From positions 5,602,101 through 5,666,100 of the forward strand of contig NC_092677.1 in assembly GCF_964355755.1 (NCBI RefSeq): a stretch of 64,000 nucleotides of DNA, read 5' to 3'. Positions 51,101-63,500 of this stretch are shown here, piece after piece. The position numbers and the translations under genes were made by a program. This DNA comes from Antedon mediterranea (lineage: Eukaryota; Animalia; Echinodermata). How positions within the stretch are numbered: position 1 is the stretch's first letter; every line of letters starts with the position of its first letter. Below the pieces are notes generated by a model. The model was given only the letters and a program-made list of their open reading frames with translations. It searched no databases and was not told where the DNA came from.

Positions 51101-54100
51101 GTTCAACGAGATCAACCAAGATATTTTCAGTCTGCTTAATATTTTATTTACATCACATGGTGAGAATCTTGTTGAATGTTATTAATGTATCATATCTTCT
51201 GCATGTGGTCTTGGACAGCATGTGATTAATAAAATGGCCATTTGTTTTTTTTATAGTAAAATTAAATGCATTTTTGCTTTTTTTAAAGTATTTTGTTTTA
51301 CCTTTAGGATGTAGCACTCCTTCTGATAATTCAAAATAAGAAGTTTGTGCTTCGGTTCTTTTTATTTTCTTAGATGTACTGGGACGTAAATCGAGATCAA
51401 CATATTTTATCTCTTTCTATAAATAATTAAAATAGATAACTACATAAACATAACAAATGACACCTGTTAAATACATTCATTGTTCAACAAGGTACTTTCT
51501 TCAATTGGTCGGATTGAAAATATTGTTATTTTTGCAACAATTGGTTTTGTTAGATTATCAGCAATCAAATGTTTCTACATCTAAGTGTACTGTATAAACT
51601 TACAGGTTTCACAGATTCAGGTAGTATTTTTTTATCTTTTCCAGATATTCCTATGATGACAAAATATCAACTTTACATAAAATTGAAAACACTATATTTG
51701 GTTTTTTTAAAAAGATCAATAATGCTAGATCTCAAATTGAACCAAATCTAAGAGCAGTGATTATTATTAAGTTTTACTTGTTCTATTTCAAAACAAAAAA
51801 AATGGTTTAAAAGTTATGATCTTAAAATTTAAGTAACCACAAGTAAAAGGTGTGACATTATAGTACCATAATAGTGTTGTGGTTAATTGCAAAAATCCAA
51901 AAATTGCACAATATTGTAATAGAAAGGTTAACATTATTTTAAAAAAATCATCCGCAACTACTGTACTAACAATTTTAATTATAGCAAAAAACAAAGCAAA
52001 AACTTTAAAAAAAATTGTTTTAAATGATATCACCAGTAGGGTTTCTGCCATGTCCTAAATCCGCATAAGTGACGGGTTTATCTTTCTTCTGTGAAAATAT
52101 TTAAATTACATAAATTTGGAATCGGAAATCATTTTGGAAATAAATCATAAATTTCAAAGGTTTCATTTGTTTCTATTTATGGTTTAGAGACTATCACAAA
52201 TTGTAAACAAAAGTGATTTAATAAATAATATTGATTTCTTTACATTTTTCAAATTTAACTACATAAAACTGATTTCTTTTATAAAGCTTTTAAAGTAAAA
52301 CAATTTCTTACTGTAATACTTCTGCCAATGCGTCTTCCTTAATAATTAAATAAAGAAGATAGTATAATTTAATAAGAACAAAGTATTTTAATCTTAGTAT
52401 AAAATAATACTGTTTAACATTTTCAGTGAACAATTCACATAAAAAGTCCCCAGCATTTCAATAGTGCTGCAGTACTTTATTCACGGGAGGTACCAACCAA
52501 GAAAGAAATTGCTTGGCCTTTCTCTTTTTCATTTCATTTCATTTATTTATTTGACCAACAAAACATAATATACAATGTACAAAGATGAATTGGTCAGGGA
52601 CTGCTAAAGTAATACGATTACTGTAACTACAAGAGTCAGCAGTCCAATGATCTTAACTAAAATATATAATTTTATGAACAAATAAAGTAAAAAGCTGTGA
52701 GTATACAACAAAAAAAAGAACAAAAATGATATACAAAAAAGTTGAATAAAATAGTATTAGTATTTTAGTTACATTTTTAATTAAGTTCAGAAGAAAACAC
52801 TGTATTCTGGTAGATCTTGTGTAATGTAGCATCTACTGTAAATAGTAACAAAATATAATATGTACATCTTGAAGTTGTTGCCACTTTGATTTTCCTTAGT
52901 GAGCAAGACACAACACACTAGAGCCTAACACTTTAGTAGAATAATACAGTAGATATGAAAACCATTGTTCTATATGAGCATAGGTGTAGATGTTTCTTAT
53001 CTAGTTTTAAATAATACACTGTTCTTCTGTTTTATTGCTGTACAGTAGGTAACTATGAGTTTTACAACATGACTGCTAAGCAGTAATCAAGCACTTACTG
53101 AATATTGTTTTTATTATTTACTGTGGAAGGGTAGATATTTTCGGGATGGTAATGTACACTATAAAACATCACACTACATACTACATTCACAAAATTAAAT
53201 GGTCAATAAATGCAAGATCTAAGAATTAAGATTCAATTAAAAATTCCTATTTGGACTGTTTATCTTTCTTATACCAGCAGCTTAAAGCTGAACAGAGATT
53301 AATGGTTAGGTTTACAGTACCTTCATATTCAGCATTTCCACCAGATGTTCCTTGATGTTCTGCTAAATGTTCTTCATCTTCATCATCAGGATTTATCTTT
53401 GAAATAAAACATTTTTAATGCAGTTCAGGCTGATGCTAGCAAGAAATTTTCTTTGCCAAAATATCAAAAAGTTAGAAAATTGTTTATCCTGACAATAGAA
53501 ATAATAATAAACATGACCAACCTCAAACCTTTGTCCGGATATAGCAGAGATTGTTATTGGCTGTTGTTGGCTATGTGAACTTGATGTGATGAAAACTTCT
53601 GTTTCATTGTCCATCATCTGATACTCTTCACCACTTCTAATACCACAGTACATATGACAAATACAAATTAAAATTAAACTACAGCATGGACCTTTGGAGC
53701 GTCTTTCATGAAAGTTCATATTTAAACAAATCTGTGTTGCATTTAAAAAATTGGTTATTGATCTCTAAAGATTTCAAATTATTTCTATTTAATGTATAAA
53801 CGTTACTAAACTCACCTGTTTCCATGTCTCTTATCTTTATTTTTGTATCTAACTATTAAATAAACATAACAGATATTTGACCAGAAACAAACAAAACAAT
53901 TATCTCTTATGAAGTGAATTAATGTATAGTATTAATATTGTACATATGAATGTTATTATTAGTAAACATACCCTAGTAAAGTACAATAATGAACATTTTT
54001 ACTTTGAGCAATTGTATGTCACATGAATTTCCGTATGGACAAATAAAATGAACTATGAACTATGAACTATAATTGCAACAATTCACTCAACATTTTAAAC

Positions 54101-57100
54101 TATTTTTTAGCCCATCAGCAACCAATCAGATATAGAGGGCAGTGTTACTGAAATTGGCTGATAAAATACAAAAAATAACACACATACAGTGCAATACATT
54201 TTAAATAGTCATTCCATTTACAACCCTGAATGTTCAACATATGATTCATCTATTGAATTAAAGATGTATTGTTCCTTGAAACACAAAAAATGAAGGTCAA
54301 AATATTCTAAATTTAAATTGGGTATATCAAAGTAATATTAAAGTTAGTAAAAAATTCGAGCCAAAAACAACAAGTTTACGTAATTAACAGGTAAAATTTG
54401 ATTACATTTCGTCTGGAAAATCGTTGCTAGCGAAAGTAAACTAAGATTTCAAACCACAAGTATGCATTATGCATTGCTAATTTGTTTTCAACTCGTCACG
54501 GTTGAGAAGGTGTTTTCACACAGATCGGGAGGAAGTTTATGATTATGCATACAGAGTAGCCAAACAAATCGTGTTGCATTATGGGATATATTTTGATCGA
54601 AAACTTTGACTGGAAGTAAAAAAAACGTCTGTATTTCAGATAAATGATTTTTTGGTGAACGTTAATAACTATTATGATACTTCAAAATGACCCACCTTTT
54701 TTCGAAATCTTTTTTTTTTTTTTTTTTTTAAATTAGTCAAAGGGACAATACATCTAAAGGGACAATACATAAAAAGAAAGTAATTAACTAATTATCATAT
54801 GAAACTATCATAAAAACTCACAGGGAATGTCCCATTTTCTGCCTAGTCTATTAACAAAAAATGTAGTGTTTTCCCACCGACACTACAGTGAAATACAAAT
54901 TTGTTTTGCAATGAGAATATTCATATCCGCAATGAGGAAAACTTCATATTAGACAGACTGGTAATCATTAATAAAGTTATCTAATGTACTATATATAAAT
55001 GATATCATTAATAGTAGTAGATAACTATATTTATGATTATCATAGATATTTTAAAAATAATAAAAAGATATTACTTACATGATTTGATGCAGTATTCAAC
55101 ACAAAAAAATCCACAAAAGTAAAGGCAGCAATAACAGACAAACTGACAGACTGTTTTCCAACTACTGAATTGCTGTTGATTTGAACCAATCACCTTGTCT
55201 TCTTTTTTTATTTCAACCGTCTTGAACCTTGCAATACTTGGACGGTATTTAAAACTCATCTCAACTGGTTTACCACCTTCAACTGTCACTGTATTAATAT
55301 CTGTATTGCTCCACTCAATATTCTTGTAATACATAAAATCTAAAAATAAAAATTTAAACAATCTTACCCATAAAAAAAAAATTAATACAATCATATAAAT
55401 AAATTATTTGCTGAACAGAATACTATATTAAATACAATACCGTATTTATTCATAAAATTAATAAATTTAACAATCTCATTTGTCGCTAAGGGCCTGTTTG
55501 GACAAACAGTAATTGAATATGTAAGATTGACGCATGCGGCGAATACATCTTGGCCAAGGGAATAAAAAGTGCAAACAATTAACTACTAACTTTACCGTGT
55601 ATTTCAAAAACTAGCGAACAAGATTTGTTTTGATAGTCTTCACCTCTACACCATACATTATTGTACATTCCTATCCTGACAAACTATTCAAAACTTTCTA
55701 TATAAAAGTCAAAGATAGTAAGGTCTCGGGTCCATTCTGCAGTTGCCACAGATTGACTTCTTCATCAGTACTTCTATGAATGGATGATTAGTTGGGAACA
55801 TGAACGCTAGTTAATCATACCCAGTACCGTTTTGATCGTATGATCATTCGGGAAAACACCTCACAATGCTGCGAAGGTACATCATCATTAAAGCAAATTA
55901 AACTCATATTGTCAAGTTAGGCAATGGCAGCTACAGTATATCGGCTGAATTATCGTTATACATAATTCGGTCTCAATTTGTAAGGTTGATCACAAAAAAA
56001 CGACAGAAAATAGTAGTAGTTTATGGAAGATCATGACGGCAGTGGTACCGTCGCATGTGGGATAAAACTGGAATTATAACACAGTACAATTTTGACTGGT
56101 GGTCATATGAAATATGACTTTGACAACGTAAAATTTTTAACGTTTAATGTGTAAACTTGTCTAGCACATATAAAAGCCAAAGGTTGAGAACACTTGATTT
56201 GATCCAATTAAAAATAACCAATAAAGGAACTGAAAGTGAAATAGTTTCAAAGATAATCTCAATGTGCATGCTATTCAATTGATAATAATATTAAATAAAT
56301 TAATAATTCAGGGAAAAGATGCTTTACTTACAAACAAGGAGCAGTAACCATAGGAACAGACAAACAACAATCAAAGCAATCAGGATGATATAGAATGATC
56401 CTGGACCTGCTGGAATAATAATTCAGTATTTTCCAATTATTATTATTATTATATTTATATATGTATCATTTTTTTGTAGAATCAGTTACAAATAATTTAA
56501 AAACCTGTATTTATCAATTTTTAAAATTCAGATGAAATACTGTGACTGTCACTGTCAAGTAAACGTTGTGGCTGTACCAATATACAGTTTGCTGATTTTA
56601 TTAGATCATGCTGATATGCCGCAATGATTATAATAATGTGGCCATGGCAACAGACAAAATAAACATTTTACTATAGCCTGCAATTCTATTTGTTTTGAGA
56701 TTGCCATATACAAAATTTCTATATCAGTTCCTTGTTTTTAGGACCCAAGTGGAAATAAGTTTTTAACTTTTCTTGGCATTCCTTGTAATCAAGGCCTGTG
56801 TTTCTGTGCAATTGTTTTTTCTACTTTTTTTTTTGCATTGTTTTTATTGTTTTTTAACCTTGATTACTAAATAAAGAAATTCAAATTCAAATTAAAAAAA
56901 CTTACTCAATTTTAGTATGGTAAATAAGTACATAAGTGGGTTTGAGTCCCACACAGAAATTACTGCACTTGCATATATTTCCGCAAGTATTCTCAATGTA
57001 CTTAGTATAAAGTACAAATTACGTCAGAGTAGGGCAAAACATTATTTATTATTTGTTTGTTGTTATTTAAAAAATACACAATCAACACTTGTTTTGCACT

Positions 57101-60100
57101 GTTAGTGAAACATCTATAAAGCTAACAAAAACATGAATTGAAACAAAGTATAAATTAAAACAAAAGCATAATTTTAAAAATAAAATAAAAATGTATAAAG
57201 AACACTGCATCGATACTACCACAATAATATCAAAATTGAAACCTGTCATAAGAAAACATAATATTGTCAATCATGACAATTTTAATGACTGTATTGTTTT
57301 TTAATACATAAAATTTGTTAACCAGCACTATTGTTAAACTGATTAAAAACGAAGTTGTAACATCTTTAAATGTATTTTTCTTCTTCTTTCTTATCTATGG
57401 TGAACTTGCATCTTAATAAATAGTATGGGAAATTTCTAATCTTTTTTTAGCCCTTAGGTGAAAGTGAATTAAAATGGCTTTCAAAAAATGAATTATTGAA
57501 TTACCTTTTCAGTGGGACAATCTTTAAATTTAAAGCAGGTTTTTTTTAGATCATGACGGCAGGTACGGTCGCATGTGGAAAAAACTGGAATTATAACACA
57601 GTACAATTTTGACTGGGGGTCATTGAAATATGACCTTGACAATGTAAATTCCTTTGAGTTTACTGTGTAAACTTGACTAGCACATATAAAAGCCAAGGTT
57701 GAGAAAACTTGATTTGATCAAATTAAAAATAAACAATAAAGGAACTTGAAAGTGAAATAGTTTCAAAGAAAATTTCTAATCTTTTTTTAGCCCATTTAGG
57801 TGAAAGTGAATTAAAATGGCTTTCAAAAAATGACTTATTGAATCACCTATTCAGTGGGACAATCTTTAATTTAAAAGCAGGTTTTTTATGTTACCCCTAA
57901 TTATTATATTGCTGTGAACAAAGCTCCTATTTCTATGAACTTATGAGTCACTGTAGCTTTGTGAATGAAATTAAAGCATATCTCCACAAAATAAGAAAAG
58001 GAAACTTAATTTGCCAATGGTTCATTGCAAATACAAAAACAACTGAGTTTCAATAAGACATAAAAACAAAACAAAAATTGATTTCTAGCCAAATTATCAA
58101 GGACATTTTGTTTTTATATATTTTTGAGAAATGTTCAAGAATAATCTAATCATATGTTCATCACTAATAACTACACAAAAACAACAGTTCCAATCAGACA
58201 TAAAAACAAAACTTGATTTCTAGCCAAATTATCAAGGAAGTTTTGTTTTTTATTTTTTGGGAAATTTCCAAATACCGTAATCATAAGCGATTGCCTTTAC
58301 TATTCTTCTTAAAGGTGGCAATCCTGATCAAAATTCATTAACAATGGAAAAAAAACAGCTACAGTACACATTCTATTCTCTCGTATTACCCACTAGTTCA
58401 GACTACCTGCACTTTTATGCCCGACGATACATCATCAAAAGCATATTGATTGAAATATCTACATACATGCTGTACATGGTGTACCACAAACTTTATAGCA
58501 ACATATTCTCTCTATTCATAAAGGCTTTTGCAACAATTCACTATTTGCCCCAATCGTAAGAAAAGTTTCATTGTTTGTGTCTTATTGGATTGCATTTCTG
58601 CTGACAGGATGTTAGGTCATTGTATTACGTCTAAATAAACATAATGCAAAGGATAATAAGCAGGATATCCGTACATTAAAACTAAGAAACAGTTTAAATA
58701 ACAATTTAAGTTTATACAATGTTAAATTTAGTATAATTACCGACATTACAGTTTTCTAGTGTTGTTGTCTCATTAAGCCTTGCATTCTCTGCATAGCAAG
58801 TAAGAATTGATTGACATATCTCAATTTTTATAGTTGTTGTATTTTCTTCGTTCTCAGCCACTTTTCCATCTTGTAATATCAATACTAATGATGGCTTGGG
58901 ATGGCCATCTGCTGTACATGTTGCAATACCATCTTCAGATGTAAAAGTAACAGTGATATCTAAATGAAAAATATCAGTTAATTTCAATTTAATGTGATAT
59001 GTTTTAATTAAATTTTGCGATACACCATGATATGTAGTTCTAAAAAATTTAGTTTTTCGACGCTACGATCATTTTAGAAGTGAGGTGTTGTCCTGAGGAT
59101 GGAAACTTTGAGAAACTCAACCATTTTTTTAGACATACGTGTAAACTGCAAACTTATATAACATATTGATTTTTGCCATGTTGGATATGGTGAATGAGGT
59201 AGAAAATCACTGAACCTAGTTGTGTAGCTTGGCTAGTACTAATAGAGATAGGATCATACTCATTTGAATGAATCAAAATACGAATATTAACATCCACATT
59301 GTATTAAAAATGGGAATATTTCCATGGATTGAAAATTCAATTAATTAGACAAAAAATCATTTTTTATGGTTTACATACAATATACTATCAAGTGTTTTCC
59401 TTCACTTGTTTTAGCATTCTCTCCTTTAAACTGATCACTTTCTGCTTTACATGTATAATTCCCAGCATCTTCTTCAGTAGCTGATTTAATCTTAAGAACC
59501 GACTCTGTACTGTTATTTGCAATCTCATATCTAGAAGGGTTGTTGGTGTTGACTGTCTGTCCATCCTTATACCAAGTAATGTGAGGAATAGGATCACCAT
59601 CAGGTATACTACAGGTAAAGGTCACTAATTGACCTTCGTAGATAGTACTTTCTGAGGCAATAAGAAGTGGTTGATCCAAGTCTGAGGTAAACAATTAAAT
59701 GCAAGAAAATATGCAACATTATTCTTAGCAGTAAACTATAAACCACTATTAATATTATCAAACACTTCTTTAAATCACTTTCAGAGGTTTATACAATTCT
59801 AATACGTTTGGGAACATTTATCTATGCTACATTGATTTGCCAGATGATTTGTTATTTCTTTAAATATAAAAAATGATTTTCTATTTGAAACACAACAAAA
59901 TAATCACTACATATTTTATTTACACATATGATATAATAATTATATTGAAATAGTGTGTTTACTTACAATATACAGTTAGAATAGATGGATTTGATTGTTC
60001 AGTATATCCATCATTTTTACGTATCTCACAGTGAAATATTTTTTTAGAATCACCTCTCATTGGCTGTGAAATCCCCAAGTCAGCTTTTCTAGGTGTTATG

Positions 60101-60582
60101 TTCAATGTAAAACGTCCATTGTTTAACTTCTTATCATTTACAAGGTTTGAATTGATGATGAATCCATCTTCATTTAGTTCATCCCATTGTATTACATCAG
60201 GTGCAGTAGTAAATTGTGAATAATCACAAGTCATCACCACTTCAGCATCACCTTCCTTGGCTGTCTGGTTGGCTGCTGTCACCAACTGACAATGTGCTTC
60301 TGCAAATTAAACATACAAACGTGTTATAACCCTTTTAAAATGCCAGAGAGAATAATGATCCTAAATTGTGTAACCATGTGAGATGCAAAATACAAAATTG
60401 TAGGCTGATGTAAACATTGTAGTGGTCGTTAATAAACCACTAGGGTAAGTGATTAATTAAGATGGAAACATTTTAAGAAATACTGTATTTAACTTTAATC
60501 AAAGCAGCTTACCTTTTATAGTAATATCCAGTAATATTACTACAGCTACAAAAGACTGAAATAATAAACAAGAAATATTCAT
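39920..60582 (-). CDS. Ig-superfamily type I receptor B (about 1326 aa): SP-Ig-Ig-Ig-TM-[split Ig with ITIM-bearing insert]-Ig-Ig-Ig-pseudo-sialidase
   Basis: Exons 60582-60513 (MNISCLLFQSFVAVVILLDITIK), 60299-59967, 59681-59379, 58959-58741 (3 Ig), 56409-56332 (TM FYIILIALIVVCLFLWLLLLV), 55339-55079 (Ig first half and Cys-rich stretch). Small exons 54842-54822, 53852-53816, 53636-53522, 53396-53321, 52337-52312, 52088-52034, 51650-51604, 51416-51302, 49653-49635, 49539-49501, 48253-48237. Then 47970-47839 (Ig second half), 47546-47235, 43441-43148, 42811-42470 (Ig), and 42195-42150, 41940-41788, 41620-41433, 41253-41170, 40974-40877, 40751-40605, 40273-39920 (sialidase fold). Total 3981 nt, in frame if the damaged exon at 46178 is skipped. 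The smallest exons are tentative. Confidence 0.7.
43148..43441 (-). CDS. Ig-domain exon absent from the ORF track
   Basis: Phase 1-1 exon: DPVSNTVYSVAGSTARINFCISKQIEEFSLYKFESDDWKKIADTNRFKFEYSKKNQTYFLTISNVDISDTGDYRCGFVKEEKDSVTYSSTSRLEVIEG. Confidence 0.88.
44291..44615 (+). mobile_element. Penelope-like element fragment in a (TA)n tract
   Basis: Contains the hammerhead, matches 39420-39578 in reverse, and is flanked by duplicated aacaaatataatatatatatatataaatat (about 44261-44290 and 44618-44647). Confidence 0.65.
44422..44458 (+). ncRNA. Minimal type I hammerhead ribozyme motif (Penelope-associated)
   Basis: gca-CTGATGA-a-gggc-tagtgtt-gccc-GAA-AGCT-C-tgc: intact core, 4-bp stem II, palindromic AGCT in place of stem III, and gca/tgc stem I. 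Confidence 0.8.
45778..46178 (-). pseudogene. Damaged Ig exon inside receptor B (in-frame TGA, no donor site)
   Basis: Phase-1 acceptor at 46178; AALKMEIPDVTTNEG*KYVELFLNITY...IKWYK...LEIRNIKSEDEGIYICEVE; TGA at 46134-46132; no GT after the G strand (GMLLVE). Confidence 0.75.
50473..50756. mobile_element. Kolobok-like non-autonomous element
   Basis: agatatattgcccacc ... gggtgacaatacatct followed by TTAA. Confidence 0.55.
54262..54755. mobile_element. Kolobok-like non-autonomous element
   Basis: TTAA-agatgtattgttcc ... gggacaatacatct; the right end is locally duplicated. Confidence 0.6.
56029..57890. repeat. Direct repeats flanking the TM exon of receptor B
   Basis: About 220-bp block gatcatgacggcag...gaaatagtttcaaaga at 56029-56251 and 57549-57769; about 115-bp block aaatttctaatctttttttagccc... 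at about 57430 and 57770. Confidence 0.8.
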
Positions 60583-63500
60583 TAAAAAAAGTGCTACAAT
60601 TCTTTATGTTTATTTTTACTGGAATTTGCCAATTTTATAAATAAATTAACATCAGACTTGAATAAAAAGTAATTTCTAATTTCAATATTAACAGCAAGTT
60701 GTTCATTTACTTGGAAAGTTCGGATGGCACTCACAAAAACAGTGATGCCGTAGTCAAATACTCGACGTCATAAAAGTATAAAATATCTTGGTATCTTTAT
60801 TTCAATTTAAAAAAACCTTAAAACAGCCAAAAAGCTTGATTTAGGATTTTTTTACAAAAGGCCTTCAATTAAAAACATCAATTACAAACTTGATTTCATA
60901 TAAAAAATATAGTGGTAATTACATTTATAGCAGTATCATCATCATCATCATCATCATAAAAAACGTTATATTGTTGTTTGTAGTATAAATGCCACAAATA
61001 ACGGTTTACAACAATGATATCATTATGTTATGTATTATCATGTAATCTATTTATTCTTTCCTTAGTATTATTTTGTCCGTCAATTATCTTTCAATCAATT
61101 TCATCTGGCTATGTCAATTTTTCAGAGTATATTCCTTATGGCCAGGAATCAATGTGATTATCTTGTCACGATGCACAATCAAAAATTATGCACAATTTAA
61201 CGAAATCATGTTTCAATGTAATCATATCTATCACAATTAAACCAAATTTGTTTGTTCATAAATTTCAGGTCATATTTCATCATATGGCAATTCAATTACA
61301 TGCGTAGCAAATATAACGCATGCGTAAGGATGCTTAAAATTTTAAAAATTGTCAACATTTATTTTCGTTGAAATCAGAGTATGTTTCAGGCAATTTTAAG
61401 TGTTTAAAAAATTGCCATGAATGATTTCTGTTTTACAACCTTTCTTTAGTAATTTCATCATATTTTATTCACTTTTCAACTTGAAACCATGTTATATAAG
61501 CATGTCATTTCCTTAAAGTGTATGTATCATATGTATGATTATGAAATTAAGAGAAAAAAAGTTGATTACATCATCACTAATTGCATATTAAACACAAAAA
61601 TAATTTAAATGAATGAATTAAATCTAGTTTTATTTCATTTTTGGTTGTGATAAAATTAACTTCCAGTCACGTTGCGCTGCTTGACTGTCACATTTGAAAT
61701 TGGTAATGTTTTATTGTGGCCACGCTATTTTGTATAAGTCGCTATATACATTTTCGTCATTTAGATTATATTGTCCCTCTGAATTTTGTTGTTGTTGTTA
61801 AAAGGGTCCTACAGTAGATACTGTTAGTGTTCTAGTCTAGAACTTAACTTAAACCAAAGCTAAAATATACCTAGTCAAGACTTCTTACTGGTAGCCTTAA
61901 TGGCGGTGGTGCGAAGAATTGTCTAATTTTGTAATAAAATTATTTGCTTACTTTCATCATTTAAATTCACTCTCTGACCTCCTATCATCGATAGTCGATC
62001 CAGTCCAGATTTTTCTGTGCACAATAGAAAGAAAAACTATTCACAAATATTTATAAGCTGCCCATTGTCCAATCACAGAGTGATTTATTTTTGTTCTAAT
62101 CACTTTCATTTATAAAATTTGCACTGGATATTTGGGCACTCTACAAAATAAAAAAAAAAGAAGAAAAATATGAGGAGCAACTGGTCATGTATATAAAAAT
62201 ACGATATAAAGATTAAAGCATATCATATAGAAGGAGTGGCATGCAAAAAAAAAAACATGGGTCTAGGCCTAGGTCCAGCCTGTGTATTTTTAAAGGCCAG
62301 GTGCAGGCAAAAAATCATATTTATCCAATAATTATCGATCTATAGTTTCCCCTATATGTTTCATAATTTTTGGGATTTTATTTGTGTTACACGAGCTTGT
62401 TGGAAATGGATTAAGGAATAGAAGGATATGCATCAGTTTGAGATCAAAGCTTCCATGACTCTAACCGCCGACAATGTAAAAACAAAATAAACAATTTAAT
62501 TAACCGTTGTTAACAATGAAATGGTCGTGTGCCTATATATTGTTTACTGCACATGCTCAACAACCTTTAACCTTGTTGGCTATGCTACTCACGTTTACTT
62601 AATTGTTTGAATATGATGACCTTTTCAAATTAAAAACAAAGTTCATATGTCTGAAGGAAAATGTTTTGAGTAATAACATTATTGAAAATTGGAAGAAAAT
62701 TGATAACGTTTACGCGATATGCGCTCTATTGAATGTGACGAAGGTCTAAATTTCACATGAATTCATATCTACAACTCATTACCTTTTAGAATAATTTTTA
62801 AAAATGGGGGGTCACCAGCCATCTCGGACAGCTATAATCGATCGAAAAAAGGCATATTTTTATACAAATTTGCATATAATGGCCCATTTTCAAGCGCACG
62901 ATTTTTAAAGTTTGACGTGCATGTGTGTCATTATTTTAAATTCATAATTCATCAAAAATGAAAGGAACTTATCCCAAAAGGTATATACAGAACAAAATCA
63001 AGTGCAAAAACGGTTTGTCTAAGCTGCGCGAGAGCTAAGTACGTAAAAGTGAGCATTTTATAACTTTCAAAGCGCGCGTACGCGCGAAAATACCAAGGTT
63101 CAAAATTTTGCTGATGATACAGGAAGATGACCCTTGACATGAAGCATCCGTGTGTCCAAGTTTCATTCGAAAAAGGCTGTTTCGTGTTAGTTTTGAATTT
63201 ATAGTCATATTTTCATTAAACCATTTGTTGCACAACTACATATACGTGCATCTGCTGGCCAAGTTGCAACATAACTGCTACCACCGTTTTTGAGATCTGC
63301 TGCTGCGGACAAAAAATGAGCAGACTAAAAAATGAAATCTTTGACAATAACAATAATTACTAATATAACTTGAATTTTACGTTTCTTGGCCTAGTTAGTA
63401 TTTTAACTTCAGAGTTCACTGTATTTTCATGCTAGGCCTATATAGAGCAAACATTTTTCACAGTATATCCACCATCTTTTTTCACCTTCTAGGGAGTCAC

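Noticed and set aside
55480-56030. Less AT-rich stretch that might be a transposase relic
   Set aside because: Many stops and no motif I can identify with confidence; needs tBLASTx.
59967-60299. Siglec-like sialic-acid-binding V-set domain, suggested by the ITIMs and sialidase fold
   Set aside because: The F strand (DSKKIFHCEIRK) does not match the Siglec pattern with the essential Arg.
62180-63300. ORFs 62952-63140 and 63035-63235
   Set aside because: No recognisable protein; the region looks like repeat-derived non-coding DNA whose termini I could not define.
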